Shown: piece by piece, positions 1 through 12,865 of the stretch | Layout: each line of letters opens with the position of its first letter | Numbering within the stretch: the first letter of the stretch is position 1 | Assembly: GCA_003971905.1 (NCBI GenBank) | Contig: RSEE01000067.1 | Location: forward strand, 310,001 to 374,000 | Reading direction: 5' to 3' | From: Moniliella sp. 'wahieum' | Taxonomy: Eukaryota | DNA: 64,000 bases | The notes under the pieces: model-generated | Databases searched by the model: none | Told to the model about the DNA's origin: nothing | Seen by the model: only the letters and a program-made list of their open reading frames with translations | Made by a program: the position numbers and the translations under genes

Positions 1-678
1 CCCTACCCTCTCCTCCACATGGCGTTAGATTTACCAACCAGTCTACTGGGTTCTTAATTGGCATGCATTGGCCGAGGCGATGATGATGATGGTGGTGTTG
101 TATAGCGACTATAGCTACCTTTGTTCGACCTCACACATCAGTACGAGGCGAACGCGCCGACGGCGCTGATGGCAGATGCGTTGGACAACTGCCAGCACCT
201 ACCCCGGGGCACATTTCCGAGGGGTCTGGAGTGACTAGTGGCTGACTATAGTAGTGGCCTGGTGTGCCGCTTGTGTTTGCATCATCTGTTTGATCCCGTT
301 GGCGATCGAGGCCGTCGACAACATTACAGTGTGTGTGCTTGAGAGGATGATTGTGACAGCTGCCGTTCCGCTGCCTTTGCTCTCGATCGTGCCCTCCATC
401 GAGCCGTGTCTTGCTTTTTTTGAGCATTGGGCCGCCATCCACCCGTCTGTCCGATGCTTTTTGTTACGCTTGCGCGTTAGCCTGCGTTAGCCCGAGGTCA
501 ACAGCTGTCGTCTGGTGGCTGCAAGACAGCTATAAGGTCATCGATCATTGGTGTTCGCGGCCCGTATTCACTGCTTGTGGTCTGGCGAGGGCAGATGCTT
601 GCTGTTGTTGGGTTTCCAAGCAGGCGTGCCGTCCGTTTCCTTCATCCCTCCATCTTGCTTCCCCGCCGCGGTTACACT

Positions 679-2541
679 ATGGTCACCACCCGTCGCAGCA
701 AACGTGCCATTTCCACTCCTGTGGACGACGACGAGGAGAAGGCGCTCGACCCTCAGACTGCCGCGGATGGCGACGTGGACCCGGATGAGAAGGGCCGGCG
801 CGCGTACAAACGTGCCCGCCCCAATGCGTACGGCCCAAGCGCCGACGACGAGTCGGGTGCCCCCACCCAATTTCGGGCAAATGATGAACCCCGGCTTGCC
901 GCCCGGTATGACTCCGAGGGATCACCTTGCCATCGTCTTGTCCAAGCAGCAGCGCATCCACGCGCAGGGCAATGTAATCATTGGATGCGCAATCACGATC
1001 TGCGCTTGAAGGACAACCATGCACTGTCGCTGGCTTCGGACCAAGCCAAAAAGAATGGTGGACTCTTTTGGTGCTCTACGTGCTCAGTCCGCAAGACTTT
1101 GCTGCTCACGACGTGAGTCCTCGCTTGGTGGACTTTATCCTGCGCAACCTTGCCCTGATCAAAACCGACTTGGACACTCTGCACGTCCCCCTCGTCGTGC
1201 GCACCCACTCCCGCAGGACCCAGATCGCACACGATGTGGTGCAGTGGGCGCATGAATGGGGTGTGACCCATCTGTTTGGCAACATTGAGTACGAGGTGGA
1301 TGAACTGTGGCGGGATGCCGCCGTGGTCCAGGAAGCGAGTGGCCAAGGAGACCTTCACATCACCTTGGTGGAGGATACGTATGTTGTGCCGCCTGGTAAA
1401 CTGCTTACCAAGGCTGGCCGTCCCTATGCTGTTTTTACCCCCTGGAGCCGAAGCTGGGCCGCGTACATTGCGGCCCACCCAGAGGAGACCTTGGTCGAAT
1501 ACCCTGCCCCGGAGGGGAACAACAAGACGATTCAAGATGACGCGACGCTCAAGACGCTGTTCCAACCGGTGCCAGAGTCGGTCGCCGGGTTTGAATGCGC
1601 CGACAGGGACACTATGCGGGATCTTTGGCCTGCCGGGGAAGAGACGGCGGAGACGGTACTGAAGCACTTCTCTTTGGCAAGGCAGGTCTCCCCTTTCTTC
1701 AAGGCCCGGCGACAGCTGACGACACGCCGCTCCTGTCGTCTGCGACCAAGACGGACAAGGGAGCAACGAGCCGGTTTGCCCATTACCACATTGGGCGCAA
1801 CCAGCTTGCGGAAAACGGAACCTCGCACCTATCGCCCTACTTGTCGGCGGGCGTGATCAGTGCGCGGGCGTGCTTGCGGCAGAGCCAGGCGCAGACGGGG
1901 GGCAGGCTGGTGCTCGACCGCATCTCGGGGCCAGGGCAGTGGAACATCGAGCTGGGGTTTCGCGACTTTTACGGGCATGTGCTAGCGGCGTGGCCGCGGG
2001 TAAGCATGGGGCGCGCGTTTGTGCAGCGGTACGAGGCGGTGGGTGGGAGGAGGACGAGGCTGGGCTGCAGGCATGGAAGGAGGGCCGGACGGGCTACCCG
2101 ATCGTGGACGCGTGCATGCGGCAGTGCAACGCGCAGGGCGCGATGCACAACCGCGGGCGCATGATCGCGGCCATGTTCCTCAGCAAGCATCTGATGCTGG
2201 ACTGGCGGCGGGGGAGCAGTACTTTATGCGCAACTTCATCGACGGCAACCTCGCGGCCAACAACGGCGGCTGGCAGTGGGCCGCGTCGACGGGGACGGAC
2301 GCGCAGCCCTACTTCCGCATCTTCAACCCGGTGGCGCAGTCGGAGAAGAGCGATGCGAGCGGCGCGTTCATCCGCTGGTGGGTGCCCGAGCTGCGCAGCG
2401 TCGAGGGCGCGGCGATCCACATGCCCTACGAGCGGCTGCGCGCGCGGCGTTTGCCAAGCTCGGCTACCGGCGCCGATTGTCGACCACCGGCACGCCCGCG
2501 AGCGTGCGCTGCGCCGCTTCCAGACGCCCGGCCGGCGGTAG
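679..2541 (+). CDS. PHR1: Deoxyribodipyrimidine (class I CPD) photolyase, frameshifted in the assembly
   Basis: Motifs across frames: [121 protein letters not shown]. Confidence 0.95.
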
Positions 2542-2729
2542 TAGTTAACGTTTAACCTGACCCACGCGGGGTACGAAACATTACGGCATGCCGGGCTACG
2601 TCAGCGGCCCCCTGAGCATGGCGGCGATGGCCTGAATGCATCATCCATCCCGATCGATCACCGACCGCCTGATCTCACGCCGCTGTAGATTGATAGCCGC
2701 TGGCCATCGGCCATCTGTCTGCTGCCCCA

Positions 2730-2835
2730 CCATCGCCATCGCCATCGCCATCGCCATCATCAGCACCAGCATCGCCATCGCCATCGTCATCGTCATCGCC
2801 ATCGCCATCGCCACCATCACCATCACCATCATCAC
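2730..2835 (+). repeat. (ATCGCC/ATCACC)n hexamer microsatellite upstream of the PROPPIN start codon
   Basis: Directly visible tandem catcgc/catcac units. Confidence 0.9.
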
Positions 2836-2874
2836 GCCCACCAACACTGCAACCCGCCTCGTTCCCACTGCGCC

Positions 2875-5800
2875 ATGCTGCTCCCGCGCCACTCCATCAC
2901 CTCCCACGCCGCCACCCCTACCGCTGCCTCCATCCGCTTCGTGCCCCCTAGCAGCTCGGCCGAGGCCGCGAGCAGCGCGTTTGCGTGCGCCACCCCCCAC
3001 GGCTTTTTTGTACAGCGCGTCCAGCCCTACGGCGAGGCCTATCGACGAGGTGCGTATTCCTCCCCGCTTTCCCCCCTCATGCTAACCTCTCTCTCTCTTC
3101 TCTTGCGCCCCGTCCAGAGTTTGACCGCCAGGACCTGCGCCTCGCTGTTCCCGTGGCAGATACATCCCTTGTCCTCCTCGTCGGAAGCCAGCGGTCGGGC
3201 CTCTTCCCATCCACTGCTCTGACACTCTGGGACGACCAATTTTCCCTTGAACCGCCTCAGCACTCACACCGCCCACCAAGTCAACCCTTGTCTCCACCCT
3301 CGCTCCCCCCGACCCCCCACCTCACCCGGACGGGCTCCCTAGTGGGTATACGGCGAGTCTGCAATCCCCAGACTCCCTACTCGCCAGTTCATCTCGTGAC
3401 CCATTCAACGACACTCCAGCGGTCAGCAGACCTGCCGGGATGGATCCAGATCCCATCGGCTGATCATCCCACTTCTTACGGCTCCCCGCAACAGCTTCCC
3501 TCTCTTCTCGGCATGAGCCGAGCCAGCAGCCGAACCAGTAGCGGGAGTTCCTCTGCGTCTCTTGTTTCAGCTGCATCCATTTCAGCGTCAAGGTATCAGC
3601 TGGAACCAGTGGGTTCGGATCGTGGTACGATGCCTCCATCTGATCGCGACATGGATCCTGCCTGGGAGGAATTTCAGCATACCCCCCACTCCCCGAGGAC
3701 AGGAAGCGATGGGGAGAATATCTCAAGTTCACCCTTTTCTGACAGGGCGGCAGACGGCTTGTCCAACCTACGCGACTCAGGGGCACCAATGCCCCCCGTT
3801 CTTGGGAACCATCTTCACGTTCTGTCGCCGACATTCCCTTGCCCCCTTCCCCGCAGGACGACCCCAGTTCCATACAGACGCCACCGCAGCTACACTGAGT
3901 GAATCGCAGCGGAAGGGTGGTGAAGATACCCTTACCACGGGGGGTGTGGGCGATATACCTGATTTGGATGAGATCTCGGATTTTATATCTGAGCGTCAAG
4001 ATCCCTCATTCCTGGCGCAAGCAACGCCAAACCCACCCTCGCCAAAGGAGGAGGAAACACCACCCCCACCCCACTCTCGGACCCTCCCATTGTTTCGACT
4101 GCTGCGCTCAACGATGCCTCTCGTCTAGAATTGCTACAGTCTCCTCGACGTCGTTTCCTCAAGAGATGTCTAAGCTATCGGATCCCGATGGTGAGGATGG
4201 TGAAACCTTTTCGGGTTCGCCCTCCCCTGCTTCCCATTCTCATCCCGATTCCGATCTTGAGTCTGAGTCTGGGCGCATTGCCAGCTCCTCTTTCACACCC
4301 CAGCGGTCGCCTATCATTTCCGCTCGATCTCTCCTACTGCTGACCTTCAACGCGAACTCCAAATGGCTCGCCCCGATTCGATTGATCCGTTGCCTGCTGC
4401 GCACCTCCCTGGCGACATGGCACATCGCCCATCCTCCTTCGTCGGTACCGGCACCAAATGTCAACGAGGCATTGACATCCAGCCACCTTTCCAGCACGAG
4501 CCACACCACCACCACTCCCCTGACTGATCCCTCTCTCATCCCCTCCGACTCTGCTTTTACCACTGGATCCGGAAGATCAAGTACGCTCACCGAACGAAGC
4601 CAATCTCACCGTCTCTCACCATCGTATCTGCCCACGAATCTGGACCTTGAGCGGCGCTCGCGATCTGGAGATGCATCGCCACTGTCTGTTAGCGACGGCG
4701 CCAGTTCCGAGTCCGGCTCACACCCTGGTTCCGGATCCGGATCAGGCTCAGGCTCAGACCGCGCCATGTTCATGAGTGTGTTTGATGCAAAAACCGAACG
4801 TTCCTCCCTGTTGGTCCCTACGGCGCCCGCAGGTGGACCCAGCTCGGTCTCCCTATCTCACGCCTCGTCACGGGCGTCCTTTGATTCTCTCTCTCCGCCC
4901 GCCACGCCTAGGCAAGTTCCTGCTTCGGTACCTGAGCAACCTCTTCCTGCGCCCACGGAATTGGAGGCTGCCTCGTCTCCGTCAAGTCCCCTGCCTGCCC
5001 CTTTGGTGTCTGAGCTGGCACCAACGACAGTTGCTTTACCGACACCGTCCCCATTCGCCTCGTCAAAGAACGAAGACGAAGTGTCGGACTCGGACTCGAG
5101 CATCGGGGTCGGACGTTGTGCTGAGGCAGCTTCCCCCTCGTCCCTTCCCCGCCTGTCCCGCCTTCCCAAACTATCTCTTCCGAAACTAACTCTCCCCAAC
5201 TAGGAAGTGTGGTGGCGCAACTTGAGTTTGGGGAGACGGTACGCAACGTCTACGCGCATACGTTCCACTTTGACGGTTCGCGCTCGCACCACCATACCAC
5301 TTCGCACGCGCCTCGTTCCCCTATCCTACCCCATTCATACGCGGTGGTCGTGGTGGTGCTTCAGACGAGAGCGATCATCCTGGACATTGGACCGTTCCCA
5401 TCGTCAGATGGTTCCGGTGGTGGTGGCGATGCTGAAGCCAGAAAAAGGAGCAACAGGCACTCTTACCTACTTGGAGGGTGGAGGAACGATTGATGACGCC
5501 CATCTCGGATACTGCCCAAGGCTTGGGCGCCATCAGTCCGGTGGAGGGATACCCGGGACAAGCGATCGTGGTCCTTGCAGGCCGCAAAACCGGATTGGTC
5601 CAACTACTCCCCTGTCCATTGGGCCCGAACATAGGGCCGCACGCATGGTCCGGCCGCGATCATTGCTGCGCACGAATCGACGCTGGCGGCACTGAGTTTG
5701 TCAGCGTGTGGAACGTGGTTGGCGACCATGTCGGACAAAGGCACTTTGGTCCGGATTTGGCGTACAATCCACCCGGACAAACCTAAACATAAGCATCGTC

Positions 5801-7030
5801 TCCGTCTGGGTCTGAGCAAAGTGCGTGAGTTGCGCCGTGGTCTTGATACAGCCAAGATTTACGATGTCTCCTTTTCCCCGGATGCGCACTGGTTGGCCGT
5901 GGTGAGTGAGACGGGCACCATTCACTTTTTTATCTTTTGACCGGCCAGAAGAGGTCCTCGGGTATGCCCCCTTTTTCTAACCCAGCCTCGGCCCATTCGC
6001 ACTCGCATTCTCATTCTCATTCCCACACCCTCCTCATTCCCATTCCCATTCCCACTCTACATCCGCATCCCACTCCCACTCCCAATCCCAATCTCAGTCC
6101 CACTCGCAATCCAAGTCCCAGTCCCAGTCCAAATCCAAATCCAAGTCCAAGCTCAGCTCTCTTTCGCGTGTCGTGCCACCGTCCCTGCTACCACGGTACT
6201 TCCACTCGGAGTGGTCCACCGCTGTTCCGGCCGTCTGCGCACGTTTACGCCATCCCGGGACAATGCGATACGGATTCCGACATGGGAGCAGCAAGGCGAG
6301 CAGGCAGCCACGATGCAAACTGGGTATGGCGATGTACCACCGCCTGCTGCGACCGACTGGGTTAAGTCAAAGTTCAAGGACCGGGTAAGGGAAAGGAATC
6401 TACTGCCGCTGGTCCTACGAGGGAAGGTCAATGGGCTTCCTTGCGGCAACGAATCGCCTCGGTACGTAAGGGCGAAGCAGCGATTGATGAACGTGTGGTC
6501 TTATCGTGGGTAGCTGCTACCCCGTCTGTGCACGCCGACCGTTCCACTTGTTGGCCGCAACGACCGCAGGCCACTTTTACCGCATCGCACTTGACCCCGC
6601 CTGCTGTGGGGCCAAGCGAATTACCCCACCCCCGCACAGACCCCGCGCGGCCCAGGAGGAGACGCAGGAAACAGAGGAGGAAGAGGAGGAAGGAGGAAGA
6701 GGAAGGAGGAGAGGAGGAAGAGGTCTGTCAATGTACCGTTCCTCACTTTCCTCGCCTCCCTCCCTCTCCGTCCCTCACGTACCTCACGTACCTCAACGTA
6801 CCTCTCGTACCTCTCGTAATCTCGACTCTCGTTCTTCCAAGCAGGCAGGACCGTCATCTTCGGCTGCCGAGAAGGACAACACGGTACCTGTGCCGGTACC
6901 TGTGCCGGTGGCGGGAGACGGATACGGAGGCTCTGTCGGGATCGATCAAGTGCCGATTAGAAGCGTACCGTACCTTTGGCAGGAACGACGTGTTGTTTGG
7001 CCCGCCGTCGTAGGGGGGTTAGGAGGTTAG
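2875..7030 (+). CDS. HSV2: PROPPIN (Atg18/Hsv2/WIPI family) WD40 phosphoinositide-binding protein, Hsv2/WIPI3-4 type, with a large S/P-rich insertion
   Basis: LTLWDDQ, VVAQLEF, IIAAHESTLAALSLSACGTWLATMSDKGTLVRIW, ELRRG (L/FRRG lipid-binding motif), LAVVSETGTIHFF, LPRYFHSEWS; intron at about 3050-3117. Confidence 0.85.
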
Positions 7031-7413
7031 GGGGTTCTTGAGTTCTTGGGTTCTTCCCTCGAAAAGGACGGTTGGGCTGCTACTTTTGTTTTGTACTCTG
7101 GTCGCAGTGCGTTTTTTCGCCCCAGGTCCCATGGTTCCATTGTCTCATTGTCCTATCCTCTCGTCGTCTCATCCTGTAGTCTTACCGTCTTACCGTCTGT
7201 ATGGTAGCCGTCGTTGTTCTTGGCTGTGGTAGGAGCAGATAGACAGACAAGTAGGTTGGGGGATGCGAGGTGACGCAGCCCGCAACGAAAGGAGAGACAG
7301 AAGGCAGAAAACCAGGAGAGCAACCAATTAATCATCAATCATTAATCAATCTCCAGGTTTGAGGGCTGAGACGCTGAGGTGAAATTTATTTCACGCATCG
7401 ACCTTGGCATCCT

Positions 7414-7513
7414 GGCAACGTGCCCGAGTGGTTAAGGGGATTGATTCGAACGGTTACTTGTTCAAGATATCAATTAGGCTTTGCCTGCACAGGTTCGAGT
7501 CCTGTCGTTGTCG
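7414..7513 (+). tRNA. tRNA-Ser(CGA) with an 18-nt intron (7451-7468)
   Basis: Acceptor stem GGCAACG/CGTTGTC, D-arm with AGTGGTTAA, anticodon stem ATTGA/TCAAT with CGA at 7447-7449, long variable arm AGGC-TTT-GCCT, T-arm ACAGG-TTCGAGT-CCTGT, downstream T-run. Confidence 0.93.
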
Positions 7514-8172
7514 ATTGTTTTTGCTTTTGGTTTGGGGTTTGGTTGACTCATTTTTGGATCTTGATTTGGTTTGCCTCAGGGCCTCAGGTATTATTACCTC
7601 TTTGTAACCTCCTCCCTCCCCTTTCCTCCCTCTTCCTCCCTCTTCCTCCCCCATGCCCTCTGTTCTCCTGGTGGGCAAATAGCAGGAATGATATCCGGGT
7701 AGTAGGTCTTTGGGTTTTGCACGCTCTTGACGATCTTGACGCTACGCTACAAACCGGTTTTTCCGCTGGACTCTTCAATGAACTCTGCCACTCATTGGCT
7801 ACAGTCCACGATTTCCTCCACTCCCCCCATCATGCATCATGAACCACAGGGTAGAGGAGAGGCGGTGGTGCAGTGGTCAACGTAAAGAAGGTAGTATAGA
7901 TGAGTCGTTCATCACTCCCTCCCTCACTCGCTCACTCACTCACATCAATCCCACCAACACTTCCGTACCAATCCCAACCCCATGGCGAATTCATTATGCA
8001 GGGTTGACCTATCGAAAAAAGCAGTGTGAGTGTGAATGGGAGTGGTGGGGTTGGGGTTGGGGTTGGGGTTGGGTGGCTCAACGGTCAATCGGGTGCTTAA
8101 GGTGCCTGGTGAGGTAGTGTGGCAACGCGGGGGGGAGGAGCATCAGAAGGATGGAAATCAACAGGATAAGAA

Positions 8173-9624
8173 TTAGCAGGATGAGGAGGAAGCAGGAAGC
8201 TGGACCTGATGCTCAGGCTGATGCTCAGGCTGAGGCTGCAAATGAGGCTGCAGATGAGGGTGAGGCTGCAGATGAGGATGAGGCTGCAGATGAGGATGAG
8301 GATGAGGCTGCAGATGAGGATGAGGATGAGGCTGCAGATGAGGATGAGGATGGGGATGGGGATGGGGATGGGAAGGCCAGGGCAACCAAGTGGGCGCGGT
8401 TACCGACGAGGGTGAACGAGAAGAATGAGGAGAATGGGTATCGGAAGTTGATCGTTCGCGACCGGTTTGACGGCGGAATCGCGAAGCCAAAGAAGAAGGT
8501 AAATACGAAGGTGAGTGCACTACGGACCGTCGTCGTCCGCGCGTGGTAGTGGTCGGGTGGTGGTGAACAATACCGTTTCCGCCCTGAGTAATAGGTGTGT
8601 ATGATCTGCGTGAGAACGTGCTTGGGCCTCACCGTGTACCGCATCCACCTCCGCTTCTGCATCCGCTTCCGCTTGGTCGGCTTCACGTTCATGTTGTTCT
8701 TGGTCCTTACCATCCTCGCCGTCCTCCTCCTCTTCCTCTTCCTGCGCCGCGGTGGGCCCAATGCGCGTGGGGTAAGGTAAGGGCATATCGCGTACGACGC
8801 GGTACGAGTCCGAGTTACCCAGATGTTCGTTTCCACACGCAAAAAGTTCCATTGCCAACGGCGTGCCATCTCGAGCAAGGCGACGAGAAAGCCGCGGAGC
8901 AACTGGGATGCCGAGCCGGGGTAAAAGTAAATGGACCAAGCAAAGCGGATGTAAATGTTGGTGACGATTGCCACGTAGTAGAGGTACCAGAGCGAAGTGT
9001 ACCATAACGTTGAGCGGAGGAGGGGGTAAGGTGTTAGCATGTGGACGAAGGAGAGACCAGTCCATTAAGATGTCCCAGGCGGCAGCGTAGAGTGAATAGG
9101 CAGAGGAGATGGTAGCGTACGTGCCTGTCACGCCGCCGGTACGAGGAGAACCATGCATACGCCAGTAAACGTATATGAAAGATTGGGTGGTAGCCAGGGC
9201 GTACTTGCCCGCGTTGACAAGGTGGATATGGTCGGTCCGACGGGAATCGAACCAACGGCGCCAACATTGAGTGAAACGTAAGAACGGGAAGAGTGCCATG
9301 AGCGCCGCTCGCCACCAAGTATGGTTAAAGTCGCACGATCCAACTGCCCAATGGTCATCCGCACTGCACCCGACCACCCATAGCGCCGAGAGGGAAAATT
9401 GCAAGCTGTTCAACTCGTCGCCCAAGAAAAAGTCTTTGAACTGCACACTCCATTGTGTACCTGGTAACAACCGCCCGTCAATAGACGTAGCAAGGTACGC
9501 ACGAACCACTCGCGTGAACGTAGATGAAACACCGGAAACGGATTCAGCACAAGTACCGCCACTACCACCAACCAGACCTGTCCGCTCAATGGTGTACCGT
9601 CAGTCAGTCAGTCAGTCAATCAGT

Positions 9625-9655
<31 letters not shown>

Positions 9656-11490
9656 ATACCTGCATCCTGTCTGGGCCCCTCCGATCGGGGTGGGGGGAGA
9701 GACAGAGACGGAGACGTCGGCAGCAATGGAGGAGGAGGGGGAGACGTACGACAGGCCATGTGGTGGGAGCAATAGCGTGCGGGAAAGGGTCGAGGAAGGA
9801 GAGCCAAAGAAGATGGCGAGGATCATGGTGAGCAAGCAAGGGAGAGGAAAGTACTGCATAGGGTGGAGGGTAGAACGTAAATCAAACTGAAAGATAAAGG
9901 GGGCATTAACGCGCCAGATATGCCAGACGAGCAAATTGACACCAAACAAGATGGCAAACACGCTGATGATGAGAAATGCACCGTACACACGGAGGAGCGG
10001 TTGCCAATCTGGGATACGCTCTTTGGTATCTGGTCGCATCATCTGTACCAATCCTGCGCACGTGGAGCACACAGCAACACCAAGAAACAAGCCAGCTTCA
10101 AATGCTGACCAGTGGTGCGCAGCAGGGAAAGGGTAGTACCACCGGTTGTACCTCGTAACCGAGCCAAGGCAGTTTACGATCTCCATGCTCATAAACGCCG
10201 CATACAAGTCCTCGGTTGCCTTGACGACGGGTAATGCTATCGTCGGTAACCAAGGCGGTGGGATTGACGCGTGCGGCCAAGTAAGGCTCACTTACTGGTA
10301 CCCCCACGTCTTGGGCCTTTTTGAGAATCTTGACCATGCCCACCCGACACAGAAACTGGAACGAGTGTAAAATGTGCAATTGCGGTACAGCTCTAGCACT
10401 GCCGCCTTGACCGCTCTCCGGGCCGACTTGTACCCTTCCGGATCAAACTCTACGCCGCCAAGGCGTCTTGGGCCGACGGAAGGGCCATTGGCTGCACGGG
10501 CAAGATGGAAGGGATAGCCATCATGGCCTGGGCTCGGCGCTCGTACCCGGATCTTGTTCCGGCTCGGGAGGAGCGCGGCAGTACGGTCGGTAAGCGGGTC
10601 AGTAGGCGTCAGAGGCAGGGTCGGTGTTGTCGTTGAGGTTGGTGGCATGGCCTTGCGCGGTACGATGCGGGTAACGGGGACACTGTGTAGCGGATGCAAG
10701 TTGGCATTGAGGTTGATTCCTGACGCATGGGCCGAGGAGGAAGATAACACATGGTGAGCGCGAGCAGCACGGTACCGCATACGGTGCTCAGCAAGTTCTT
10801 TGAGTTGCATGGCAATCTGCTCAAACCGCGCCTCGGCCTCGTTACGTCGTTCCTCGTAAAAGGACAAGATCCGTGCCATCTCCGTATCGAGCACGGCAAA
10901 TACTTTGCGCTCCTCGACATCAAACGAGGCAAGAACCAAATGCAGCAGGGCCTGGGTTGCTTCGTCCGGGCGCTTCTCAGCCTCGGTCTCGGTCTCGGCG
11001 TCGGCGTCGGCGTCAGCGTCAGGGTCGGCGTGGGAGGCTTGGCTGGGCGGGGGCGTGCGGGGGCTGGGGATGGCGCTGTAGGGGGGGATGATGGTTGCAT
11101 GCGGGTCGATGGAGAGTTGGGGCGGGAGGCGCACGGGCGGGAGGGGCGCAGCCTGGTCGCTGGCGGGGGGTGGGGGGGGGCGAGGGATGTGGGGCTTGGG
11201 CGGGGGGGGGGCTGGCGGGGGAGCGAGACCGAGGGGGGGGCGGGGACGAGCGGAGGGGGGCGGTGGTCGCGGTGAAGGAGGGGCAAAGGGGAAGGGCGAG
11301 GGTGCGGGCGCGGGGCTGGTGGCGGCTGGGGCCAGAGGCGGCTGCTGCTGCTGCTGGGCACGCACAAGCGCCATGCGGGCGCGGCGGTGGGCATCGACCG
11401 CCTGATGAGGCGCTTGAGCGGGCGGTAGCGGATGTAGGCGGTGCTCCATTCGGGCTGCTGCTGCTCCTCGAGGTAGCGCGCAAACTTCAT
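8173..11490 (-). CDS. SYG1: SPX + EXS domain membrane protein (Syg1/XPR1/PHO1 family)
   Basis: N-terminal MKFARYLEEQQQPEWSTAYIRYRPLKRLI and KILKK (SPX); VQFKDFFLGDELNSL, HLVNAGKY, WDILMDWSL, LEMARRWQWNFLRVE, NEHLGNSDSYRVVRDMPLPY (EXS); intron 9578-9749; 3' end uncertain. Confidence 0.92.
8205..8372. repeat. GAGGCTGCAGAT/GAGGAT repeat tract, probably a His-Pro-Gln-rich C-terminal tail of the SPX-EXS protein
   Basis: Visible tandem 6- and 12-bp units. Confidence 0.85.
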
Positions 11491-11954
11491 TGTGGGCTCC
11501 TGGGTGTGCGCGCCCCTCGGCCGCGCAAGCAACAGCAAGCAGCCACGAACGAACGAGAGAAGAGCAAGAAAGAAACACAGCAGCTGATTAGCCAGCCCAG
11601 CTGCTATCCCGTCTCCCTGCATGGCATGTTGCAACTTTCACTTGGCTTGTGCCTTCCCCTGGCATCGTTTCGCCCATTGATCCGCGCGTACTACTGACTC
11701 ATGACGGGACCTATTGCCGCATCCCGTCCTTTGTATGTTGCTGTGTCGACTCAAGCTCTTCCATGTACAGCAGCTTACGTTGTGAAAGCCATCGCGGATA
11801 TATACGCGCTTTGATGCGTAGTGGCCCACACCACTTGGCGCATCTCTCTGCGGAAATCAACCGTTGTCACGTGCGGGTTTAGGGTTAAACGTTAACCGCT
11901 CTTAAAGGGTACAATGCAATCCCTTGGAGGGTCTAAGGTCGACCCACGGTAATT

Positions 11955-12468
11955 TTACGCGCTTGGGCTGACTGATGGGTCCGAGCGGCCTGAGGTGACT
12001 GAGGGACGCACTGGAGCTGGAGAGCGAGCTCGCGAAGCGGAGGAGCTACGACTAGTAAGTATAAGAGGAGTATACTAAGGATTGGTGATCATGCAGTCAT
12101 GCACGTGGGCTGGCTACTACTAGCCACATTGGTGTGACGGGGTGGTTGGCTTCCCAGGCGGAGAGAGCTTCCCTGCCCATGGGAGACAAGACTCACGGAG
12201 GACTGAACGCGTTTCAGATCCAAACTGTCCAAGGCTCACTGGCGTGAACGTAGGAGAGTCGTGAGTGATGCTTTTTGTTGTACGTCGAGCAGAGCCTGAG
12301 CAGCGGTCTGCCAGTGGCAGAGGTTGCGTGTGTAGGGGCTGGAACGGGGAAACGGGGAGCTCCGATGGGCGAGGGAGAGCGAGGGAGCTGATCGAAAAGT
12401 GTTTCTTCTAGAAGTGGAGTGCCTAGAAGACGGGTGAACCAATGGTTTGCGGCTTGGACCATCGTCAT
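11955..12468 (-). CDS. Possible small hypothetical gene
   Basis: ATG after a pyrimidine-rich leader, ORF MTMVQAANHWFTRLLG..., possible GTGAGT...TAG intron; no recognisable domain. Confidence 0.25.
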
Positions 12469-12865
12469 TGGTTCTAAGACAGGCAGGTTTTATAGAAGAG
12501 AAGGGAAACGAGGGAGACCAAGAGGTCTACAGTGTAAAAAGGGAAACGGGTCAAAGGGGAGAAGAGGATCAAGCGCGAGAGGGACAAGGCGAGGGACGAG
12601 GCCCGCGAGGTTCAAGGGAAAAGTGGACCCGAGGTAAGAAACGACAGAGGCGAGAAACCGAGTCGAAACCAATACAATGTGTGGTCTTTTGATTTTGGAC
12701 GAGCGCGAGGGGAGAACGGATGATTTTGTGGGGTTTGAAGGTAGGAAGAGAATCCGAGTCTCACGATAGCGAAAGAAAAGAGGGTCCGAATCGTAATAGG
12801 GAAAGAAGCCGCCGCGAAGCGGTTGCGACGATAAGGAAGTGGAGGTGGCTGTACTTGAAGGCAGC

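Noticed and set aside
131..490. ORFs at the window start
   Set aside because: No identifiable product; they cannot be supported from the sequence alone
7414..7513. tRNA with an altered identity or sign of a non-standard genetic code
   Set aside because: The CGA anticodon with a long variable arm and G discriminator is an ordinary tRNA-Ser
7584..8170. Extra gene or exons between the tRNA and the SPX-EXS gene
   Set aside because: Short, stop-interrupted, microsatellite-rich frames with no recognisable homology
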